A stretch of 64,000 nt of DNA. Source: Phycisphaerae bacterium (lineage in GTDB: Bacteria; Planctomycetota; Phycisphaerae; Phycisphaerales; UBA1924). The stretch is from positions 130-64,129 of the forward strand of contig JAUIFD010000002.1 of the NCBI GenBank assembly GCA_030429485.1, read 5' to 3'. The notes beneath the pieces were generated by a model, which was not told the DNA's origin, ran no database searches, and saw only the letters and a list, made by a program, of their open reading frames with translations. A program made the position numbers and the translations under genes. Every line of letters starts with the position of its first letter. Position 1 is the first letter of the stretch. Below are positions 57,224-64,000 of this stretch, piece by piece.

Positions 57224-58240
57224 TCAATCGGCCTCGAGCGCAGCCCCCTCCTGGGGGCTGCGTCGTTGCAGCGCCGCGATGGCCATTCCCTTGATCTTCG
57301 CGGCGAAGACGAGCACGCGCGCGCCTGTCGCGCACCACACCTGGGAGGCCGCGGCACCCACGCGGTCCATCCACGTCGCGTCGTCCGCGGGCGTGGTGTC
57401 GTAGCCGAACGCGTCGAGATGACGCCGCATCACGAGCGTGAGCCGCCGAATCTCGGGGGTGATCTCTCGCTTCGACCACGCGAACGCGCGGCTGGGGTCG
57501 ATCGACTCCGACGCCTTGGACTTCCATTGGTGCTCGAAGCCATCCGCCACGGCGGCGCCCGCCTGCGGATCGAGCATCGAGGCTTCGTATTCGAGCCCGA
57601 TCGACCGCAACACGCGTTCGGTCGCCTGGTGCGGATCATGGAGCAGGTCCTCATACTTCACGAGCACGACCCGATCCGGGAATCGCTCGAGCAAACCGCG
57701 CGTCGCACGCCCCGCGCGGTTCCAGTCCAGGGCGTGCAGCCCCTTCCATTCATGCGTGAACGGCGCTTTGGCGAGCGAGGCGACGGTGTCGCGCCCGTCG
57801 CGCACCAAGATCACGCCGCGGGCATTCGGCAGGTGCTCGAGAATGCCCTCGAGCTCAAACAGGTGCAGCGGCGTCTTCTCGCCGGGCACCGTCTTGCCAC
57901 GGCTCCGCGCGTATTGATGCATGACCAAGTCAAACACGCGATACGCGTTGATCGGGCCTGCGCGAAGGTCCGCTTCGAGCTGCACGCGATCCAGCTCCGG
58001 CTGCTCCGTCGCTGACCGAAAGAACTGGCGGTCGAGCAGCATCCGTGCATTGTGGAGACCGCCGCGGAGGCGGAACGGGAGGCGGACCAAGTCATGCAGG
58101 CGGTTGAAGTACGCGGTCTCACCCGGGATCGCGATCTGCGAGTGGCGGTTGAGGATCGTCGCGAGAAGGGTCGTGCCTGAGCGCCCAAGCCCGACGACCA
58201 AGAAGAGGGTCTGCGTACGCTCGGGCTGGTCGTTCCTCAT
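57224..58240 (-). CDS. PAPS-dependent sulfotransferase-family protein
   Basis: 5'-PSB-like loop VVGLGRSGTTLLATIL and 3'-PB-like ILVRDGRDTVASL. ATG 58240 (MRNDQ) is preferred to the track start 58297. Confidence 0.75.
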   Translation of the reverse strand: MRNDQPERTQTLFLVVGLGRSGTTLLATILNRHSQIAIPGETAYFNRLHDLVRLPFRLRGGLHNARMLLDRQFFRSATEQPELDRVQLEADLRAGPINAYRVFDLVMHQYARSRGKTVPGEKTPLHLFELEGILEHLPNARGVILVRDGRDTVASLAKAPFTHEWKGLHALDWNRAGRATRGLLERFPDRVVLVKYEDLLHDPHQATERVLRSIGLEYEASMLDPQAGAAVADGFEHQWKSKASESIDPSRAFAWSKREITPEIRRLTLVMRRHLDAFGYDTTPADDATWMDRVGAAASQVWCATGARVLVFAAKIKGMAIAALQRRSPQEGAALEAD

Positions 58241-58291
58241 TCGAAGCGCGGCCTCCCTGCGCGTAGCTCGCGACGATTCTAGTGCGGCCCG

Positions 58292-59380
58292 GTGCAACGC
58301 CGATGCGTGGGATCGGACTCCAGCGGGCTAGGGTATTCCGTGCATTACGACGTCGTTATCGCCACGAGAAACCGAGCCGAGGTGCTCGCGATCTCGATCC
58401 CGACCTTCCTCTCGCAGTCTCGCCCACCCGCGAGCGTGATCGTCGTGGATTCGAGCGCTGACCATGAACCTGTGCGGGCGGCTGTGCAACGAGCGACCGC
58501 GGGCGCCGACACGCGCGTGCTCTGCCTGCACGAGCCCGAGCCCTCGTCTTCGCGGCAGCGGAACATCGGGCTCGCCGAGGCGATGTCTCCGATCGTCATG
58601 ATGCCCGACGATGACTCGCTCTGGTTTCCTGGGGCTGCCGAGGCGGTGATGCGGGTGTATGAGCGCGATCGGGAGAGCAGCGTGGGGGGCGTGATCCTCC
58701 GCGAGCACCGCGAGCCCCCGCCGGGCGTGCTGCCGGCATCAGGAGCCGATCGTCGATCGCTCGCCGAGCGCCTCACCTATCGCCTGAGCCCAATGCGTAT
58801 GGCGATCGAGGGTGTCGTCTGCCCGAGCCCGCTCGACTACTTGGGCGACCGGCTCAAGGCGGAACGGGCCCACCCCGCGTGGCTATCCGAGTGCCACGCC
58901 GAGCCCACGGGTCTTGCCCACGGCTTCAGGATGAGCTTCCGCAAGGACGCGATCGACCGCGTGGGGGGGTTTGACGAGACTCTGAGTGCGTACGCCCTCT
59001 ACGAGGACTTCGACGTGTCGTTCAAGATCGCGGCCACCCAACTTCTGGTGGAGGCGAGCGATGCGGGTGTCTATCACCACCGCCAGCCCGGAGCGAGGGC
59101 CGACGCCCGGACCACCGGCGCCATCCTGATGCTCAACCTGGCCTACGTGATCTGCCGCAACACGCCACCCGGGGATCGGGTCAGATCGATGCTCGGGAGG
59201 TACGCGAAGGTCCGATATGCTCAGTATCGCCTGCGGTCCGGCGGTGAGTTCGGGCGGGAGCGACTGGAGGGGTTCAAGGCGGCGATGGGGTGTCTCGATG
59301 AAATGGTCGACACGTCGCGCGACGAGCTGCCGGGGCTCTACACCCGTCTGCTCGGGGCGTGCCTGAACCCCGCGCCCTGA
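58292..59380 (+). CDS. glycosyltransferase family 2
   Basis: YDVVIATRNRAEVLAISIPTFLSQS, VIVVDSSADH and MMPDDDSLWFP (DxD) are GT-A / GT2 features. Start GTG 58292 or GTG 58340. Confidence 0.75.
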   Translation: MQRRCVGSDSSGLGYSVHYDVVIATRNRAEVLAISIPTFLSQSRPPASVIVVDSSADHEPVRAAVQRATAGADTRVLCLHEPEPSSSRQRNIGLAEAMSPIVMMPDDDSLWFPGAAEAVMRVYERDRESSVGGVILREHREPPPGVLPASGADRRSLAERLTYRLSPMRMAIEGVVCPSPLDYLGDRLKAERAHPAWLSECHAEPTGLAHGFRMSFRKDAIDRVGGFDETLSAYALYEDFDVSFKIAATQLLVEASDAGVYHHRQPGARADARTTGAILMLNLAYVICRNTPPGDRVRSMLGRYAKVRYAQYRLRSGGEFGRERLEGFKAAMGCLDEMVDTSRDELPGLYTRLLGACLNPAP

Positions 59381-59439
59381 TCCTCGCTACGGGATGGGGG
59401 GCAACTCGCCGCCCGTCCGGTCATAAGGTCCAGCCCTCC

Positions 59440-60729
59440 ATGAGCACCGCCACCCCAGACACGCCGGCCCCGAGCCCCTCCCGGGGGACGTTCCTGGTGA
59501 TCTCCCAGGTCTACGTGCCCGACCCGGCTTCGGTGGGGCAGCACATGGCCGACGCCGCAGCCGAGATGGCCGCTCGCGGGTACCGCGTCATCGCGTACGC
59601 CTCAGCTCGGGGCTATGACGACCCTTCCCAGCAATACCCGAAGCGCGAGACCCTTGAAGGCGTGGATGTCCAACGGTTCGCCCTCTCGAGCTTCGGCAAG
59701 TCCTCCATCAAGGTCCGCCTCCTCGGACAGATGCTCTTCCTCATCCAGTGCATCGCCAAGGGCCTGTTCATCCGCGATCTCCGCGGCATCCTCGTCTCCA
59801 CCTCGCCCCCGATGGCCTCGATCGCCTCGACCATCCTCTCGAAGGTGCGCGGCGTCCCGGTCAAGTTCTGGGCGATGGACCTCAACCCCGACCAGATGAT
59901 CGCGATGCACATGATCAAGGAGGGCTCATTCCCCGCCCGGGTGTTCGACTTCCTCAACCGTCAGCTTCTCCGCGGCGCGAGCGACGTTGTCGCCCTCGAT
60001 CGCTTCATGCTCGAACGTCTCAACCGCAAGGTGGAGGTCACGGACAAGTCCGAGGTCTTCCCGCCCTGGCCGCACGACGATCACCTGGAGCGCGTGGCGC
60101 ACGCCGACAACCCCTTCCGGCGTGAGCACGGGCTCGATGGCAAGTTCGTCGTGATGTACTCGGGCAACCACTCGCCCGCGAACCCCATCGCGACAGTCAT
60201 CGACGCGGCCCGCGCGCTCAAGGACGACGATTCGATCGTCTTCATGTTCATCGGGGGCGGGCTCCAGAAGGAAGCGGTCGAGAAAGCGATCGCTGAGGGG
60301 TGCACCAACATCCGCTCGCTCCCCTATCAGCCGATGGAGTCGCTCCGCTACTCGCTCTCCGCAGCCGACATGCACGTGGTGACCGTGGGCGACGAGGTCG
60401 TCGGCATTGTGCACCCGTGCAAGATCTACGGGGCGATGGCGGTGGGGCGTCCGGTGCTCACCTTCGGGCCTGAGCGGTGCCACCTGGCCGACCTGGTGGG
60501 CGAGTACGAGATCGGTCGGCACATCGCGCACGGGCGCGTGGACGACGCGGTGCAGGCGATCCGCGACATGGCGGCGATGCCCGAATCCGAGCGTCTGGCG
60601 ATGGGTGATCGCGCCGCAGCGGTGGTGCGTGAGAAGCTGAGCAAGCGCGTGCTGTGCGCGCGATTCGCGGATATCTGTGAGCGAGGGCTGCCGGGCGCCG
60701 CGCCGGCTGCTGTGGGGAGTGCGCTGTGA
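59440..60729 (+). CDS. glycosyltransferase family 4 (WcaI-like GT-B)
   Basis: FLVISQVYVPDPASVGQHMADAAAEMAARGYRV (GT4 N-domain) and MYSGNHSPANP...FMFIGGG...HVVTVGDEVVGIVHPCKIYGAMAVGRPVL (donor-binding domain). ATG 59440. Confidence 0.8.
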   Translation: MSTATPDTPAPSPSRGTFLVISQVYVPDPASVGQHMADAAAEMAARGYRVIAYASARGYDDPSQQYPKRETLEGVDVQRFALSSFGKSSIKVRLLGQMLFLIQCIAKGLFIRDLRGILVSTSPPMASIASTILSKVRGVPVKFWAMDLNPDQMIAMHMIKEGSFPARVFDFLNRQLLRGASDVVALDRFMLERLNRKVEVTDKSEVFPPWPHDDHLERVAHADNPFRREHGLDGKFVVMYSGNHSPANPIATVIDAARALKDDDSIVFMFIGGGLQKEAVEKAIAEGCTNIRSLPYQPMESLRYSLSAADMHVVTVGDEVVGIVHPCKIYGAMAVGRPVLTFGPERCHLADLVGEYEIGRHIAHGRVDDAVQAIRDMAAMPESERLAMGDRAAAVVREKLSKRVLCARFADICERGLPGAAPAAVGSAL

Positions 60730-62255
60730 TCGACGTCATGATCATCGCGTACAACGAGGCGCTCAACCTCCCGCACTGCCTGCGCTCACTCCAGGGTGGC
60801 GACTGGATCCGTCGCACGTTCGTGATCGACTCCGGGTCGAACGACGGCACGCAGGACATCGCCAAGGCGCACGGCGCGGAGGTGATCCACCACGAGTGGG
60901 AGGGGTACGCCCGCCAGAAGAACTGGGGGCTTCGCAACCTGCCGTTCGAGAGCGAGTGGGTGCTGATCCTCGACGCCGACGAGGTCGTGACCTCGGAGCT
61001 GCGTGAGGAGATCCGTAAACGCACGTCGGGCGATCCGGCGCACGTCGCGGAGAACGGGTTCTTCATCAACCGCCTCACGATCTTCCTCGGGCGCCCGATC
61101 CGGCACTGCGGGTTCTTCCCGTCGTGGAACATGCGTCTGTTCAAGCGCGGCAAGGCGCACTACGAAGACCGTGTCGTCCACGAGCACATGATCATCGATA
61201 ACCCGACGGGCTTCATCCAGGGGCACATGCTCCACGAGGACCGCCGGGGTATCGAGCACTACGTCGCGAAGCACAACCGGTATTCGACGCTCGAAGCGGG
61301 CGCGATCTTCGCCGAGCGGGAGGAGGCGACGCGCGGGCCTTCCGCGACGGCGCCCAACCTCACCAAGGACACCCGTTTCCGACGCTGGCTCAAGCGCAAC
61401 GTCATGCCGCGTGCGCCCTTCCCCGGGCTGTGGCGGTTCATCTACATGTACGTCTTCCGCCTGGGCTTTCTCGACGGGCGCGCGGGGCTGGAGTTCTGCC
61501 GGTTTATCTCCGGGTACGACGCGCTGGTCGCGCTCAAGCTCAAGGAGCTCAACCGCCTCGCCAAATCGGGCGAACTCGAGCGCCTGCGTCGTCAGCGCAA
61601 GCCCGACCCCTCGGGGCTGGCGGTGCGCGAGGGCGAGGCGCACGTGGTGGACGCGTCGCAGGGGCGCTCGTCGCGCACGGCCCCGGCGAGCCCGTCTTCT
61701 GAGCCGGTGCCGCCGGTTGAGCAACTCCAGCCGGAGGCATCGCCCTGGTCGCTCAAGGAGAAGATCTTCCGTGCGGTGTGGATGCTGGTGGGCAAGCCCA
61801 TTTTCCGCCTGAGCTTCCACAACTGGTACGGGTTCCGTGCCTGGTTGCTTCGGCTCTTTGGCGCGAAGATCGGAAAGGACGTGCGTTTGCGTCCATCGGT
61901 GAACGTCGAGATTCCGTGGAATCTGGACATCCGCGACGGCGCCACAGTGGGTGACTACGCGATCCTCTACGGGCTCGGCACGATCACCATCGGCGAGCGC
62001 ACGATTGTCTCGCAGTACGCACACCTGTGCGCCGGGACGCACGATTTCACGGATCGGCGATTCCCGCTGTTGCGGGATCCGATCGAGATCGGTCCCGACG
62101 CGTGGGTCGGCGCTGACGCATTCGTGGGTCCGAACGTGCATGTGGGGCGTCTGGCGGTCCTCGGCGCGCGCTCGAGCACGTACAAGGATCTCGCGCCGGG
62201 CATGGTGTATGTGGGCAACCCCGCCAAGCCGCTCAAGGAGCGCGTGCTGCAATGA
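60726..62255 (+). CDS. bifunctional fusion: N-terminal GT2 glycosyltransferase plus C-terminal WcaF-like hexapeptide-repeat O-acetyltransferase
   Basis: N-terminus IDVMIIAYNEALNLPHCLRSL, FVIDSGSNDGT, LILDADE and a GT2-associated helical region. C-terminus FHNWYGFRAWLLRLFGAKIGKDVRLRPSV...IGERTIVSQYAHLCAGTHD...IGPDAWVGADAFVGPNVHVG matches the WcaF (colanic acid acetyltransferase) pattern. GTG start overlaps the upstream stop (GTGA). Confidence 0.8.
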   Translation: MIDVMIIAYNEALNLPHCLRSLQGGDWIRRTFVIDSGSNDGTQDIAKAHGAEVIHHEWEGYARQKNWGLRNLPFESEWVLILDADEVVTSELREEIRKRTSGDPAHVAENGFFINRLTIFLGRPIRHCGFFPSWNMRLFKRGKAHYEDRVVHEHMIIDNPTGFIQGHMLHEDRRGIEHYVAKHNRYSTLEAGAIFAEREEATRGPSATAPNLTKDTRFRRWLKRNVMPRAPFPGLWRFIYMYVFRLGFLDGRAGLEFCRFISGYDALVALKLKELNRLAKSGELERLRRQRKPDPSGLAVREGEAHVVDASQGRSSRTAPASPSSEPVPPVEQLQPEASPWSLKEKIFRAVWMLVGKPIFRLSFHNWYGFRAWLLRLFGAKIGKDVRLRPSVNVEIPWNLDIRDGATVGDYAILYGLGTITIGERTIVSQYAHLCAGTHDFTDRRFPLLRDPIEIGPDAWVGADAFVGPNVHVGRLAVLGARSSTYKDLAPGMVYVGNPAKPLKERVLQ

Positions 62256-62995
62256 CTGACGCGGGCGAGCATCGGGACTCGGCGGACCATCCGGGGCGAG
62301 ACGAGCAGTCGACGCCGGAATCGGACGAGGTGCGCGCGGGCCCTGCCGACCAGCGCGAGCCAGAGGTCGTGGACCCCTCTTCTCTACCGGAAGATTGGCG
62401 CATCGACGCGAAGCAGAGCTACAACCGGCTCTGGGGGCTCGATCCGGTGCATCCGCTACGGCACCTCCTCTGGCGCTACTGCGGGTCACCGATCTTCGCG
62501 ATCACCTTCCACAACTGGTACGGGCTGCGCCGGTGGATGCTGCGCGTATTCGGTGCGGATATCCACCCGACGGTCCGGGTCCGCCCGACGGCGCGGATCT
62601 CGCACCCGTGGAATCTACGCATGGCGAGGTACGCCGCGATCGGCGACCACGCGATCATCTACTCGCACGGCAAGGTGTCACTCGGCGAGCGGGCCTCGGT
62701 GAGCCAATATGCGCACTTGTGCGCGGCTGGCCATGACTACACGCAGCGGTCCATGCCGCTGATCGCGGACGAGATCCAGATCGAAGACGACGTGTGGATC
62801 GCGGCGGACGTGTTCGTCGGGCCCGGCGTGACGATCGGACGCGACACCGTGGTGGGCGCGCGCTCGACCGTGCTCCATAACCTGCCCGAGCGGAGCGTCA
62901 CCGCGGGCGACAACGCGAAGCGGATTGGGGAACGCGTCATCACGTGGCCTCCTCCGGGTCAGGACGTCGAGGATCACCGAGGGGGCGTGGTGTGA
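62252..62995 (+). CDS. WcaF-like hexapeptide-repeat O-acetyltransferase (stand-alone paralog of the preceding C-terminal domain)
   Basis: FHNWYGLRRWMLRVFGADIHPTVRVRPTA...LGERASVSQYAHLCAAGHD...IEDDVWIAADVFVGPGVTIG. ATGA overlap with the upstream stop. The acidic N-terminal ~60 aa are unique. Confidence 0.8.
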   Translation: MTDAGEHRDSADHPGRDEQSTPESDEVRAGPADQREPEVVDPSSLPEDWRIDAKQSYNRLWGLDPVHPLRHLLWRYCGSPIFAITFHNWYGLRRWMLRVFGADIHPTVRVRPTARISHPWNLRMARYAAIGDHAIIYSHGKVSLGERASVSQYAHLCAAGHDYTQRSMPLIADEIQIEDDVWIAADVFVGPGVTIGRDTVVGARSTVLHNLPERSVTAGDNAKRIGERVITWPPPGQDVEDHRGGVV

Positions 62996-64000
62996 AGATC
63001 GCGCACTACCTCAACCGGATCGACCTGGCGGAGGGTGGGGTCGTGCGCGCGGTGCTCGACCTGTGCGCCGTGATGGCTGCACGCGGGCACGCGGTGACGC
63101 TCCTGACCCACGATCCGCAGGACATCCCGAGCGAGTGGGAGGGCTCCTCTGCACCGCGTGTCGTTCAGGTCAGGCCGCCCACGCGCCGGCCCGGGCTCTT
63201 CGACAAGGACGTGCTGGCGGCGTTTGCGGAGCGGTTCGCGGAGTGCGACGTCGTCCATCTGCACACGCCTTGGGACCCCGCGAACCTCCAACTCGCATCG
63301 ATCGCGCGTCGCCTGCACAAGCCTTACGTGCTGACGGTCCACGGCATGCTCGACGACTGGTCGATGGGGCAGAAGTCGGCGAAGAAGCGGCTCTACCACA
63401 TGACGTTTGCGAAGGGCCTGCTCGAACGCGCCGCGTTGGTGCATTGCACCGCGCAGGCCGAACTGGCGCAGGCCCGGCGCTGGATAGGTCGGGGGCGCGG
63501 CGTGGTCGTGCCGCTGCTCTTCGATACAGCGCCTTTCGAGTCGCTCCCGGGGCCCGAGCGGGCCCGCGAGCATTGGGCGGGGGCGTTTGCCACCGGGCGT
63601 CCGGTCTTGCTCTTCTTGAGCCGGCTGCATCCCAAGAAGGGCGTCCACGTCCTGCTCGACGCGGTGGCGAACCTCGAGCGTCGCGGGATGGCGGTGGAGG
63701 TGGTGATTGCCGGAACGGGCGACGAGCCGTACACGGGTGAGCTTCGGTCCCAGGCCGAACGCCTGGGGTTGACCGAGCGCGTGCACTTCGTCGGCCTTGT
63801 GACGGGCGAGCTCAAGGTGTCGCTCTATCAGGCTGCGGATCTCTTCGTGTTGCCGACGAGCCAAGAGAACTTTGGGTTCGTGCTCCCTGAAGCGCTGGCG
63901 TGTGGGACGCCGGTGGTGACCACGCGCGGCGTAGACATCTGGCCGGAACTCGAGTCATCGGGCGGGGCGGTGATCGCCGACCACGGCGCCGACGCCATCG
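62992..64000 (+). CDS. glycosyltransferase family 4 (partial; continues beyond the window end)
   Basis: Absent from the track because it runs off the window. Manual translation from GTG 62992 (GTGA overlap) gives VKIAHYLNRIDLAEGGVVRAVLDLCAVMAARGHAVTLLTHD...LLFLSRLHPKKGVHVLLDA...LFVLPTSQENFGFVLPEALACGTPVVTT (E-x7-E motif), open to 64000. Confidence 0.8.
   Translation, partial: MKIAHYLNRIDLAEGGVVRAVLDLCAVMAARGHAVTLLTHDPQDIPSEWEGSSAPRVVQVRPPTRRPGLFDKDVLAAFAERFAECDVVHLHTPWDPANLQLASIARRLHKPYVLTVHGMLDDWSMGQKSAKKRLYHMTFAKGLLERAALVHCTAQAELAQARRWIGRGRGVVVPLLFDTAPFESLPGPERAREHWAGAFATGRPVLLFLSRLHPKKGVHVLLDAVANLERRGMAVEVVIAGTGDEPYTGELRSQAERLGLTERVHFVGLVTGELKVSLYQAADLFVLPTSQENFGFVLPEALACGTPVVTTRGVDIWPELESSGGAVIADHGADAI

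Overview
High-GC (roughly 68-70% by eye) bacterial chromosomal segment. The H-X9-DG pseudopilin, the many Sec-secreted proteins with a Cys-terminated dockerin-like tail, and the GlmU-like beta-helix nucleotidyltransferase suggest Planctomycetota, possibly Phycisphaerae (inference only). I count about 57 protein-coding genes and saw no rRNA, tRNA, CRISPR array, IS element or integrase. Housekeeping genes: mscL, metK, purM, aroC, truB, rplU, rpsU, hppA, polA, glnS, gltX, an M1 aminopeptidase, a GH13 amylase, a PhoX-like phosphatase, TerC and an amidohydrolase pair. Five accessory features stand out. (1) Seven secreted proteins with unrelated passenger domains end in the same 54-aa Cys-bracketed double Ca-loop (dockerin-like) module, ...AAYQxGC-stop. 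Three lie in a row with mosaic, gene-conversion-like nucleotide identity, and two are tandem paralogs. (2) A compact minus-strand phage head module (portal, scaffold-like, DUF5309/SU10-type major capsid, three small proteins, a TM coiled-coil protein, a lipoprotein) has no terminase, tail or integrase on either visible flank. (3) A ~1 kb low-GC (~45-53%) island carries one unknown, possibly frameshifted gene. (4) A glycan cluster at the right edge combines GDP-mannose 3,5-epimerase, a PAPS-type sulfotransferase, four glycosyltransferase domains and two WcaF-like acetyltransferase domains. (5) Envelope-glycan genes include an O-antigen-ligase-like protein with a GT4, and a divergent PAP2 / GT39 pair. 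Many very long ORFs in the track are antisense shadows typical of high-GC DNA and were rejected. Two edge genes absent from the track (1..1526 minus, 62992..64000 plus) were recovered by manual translation.
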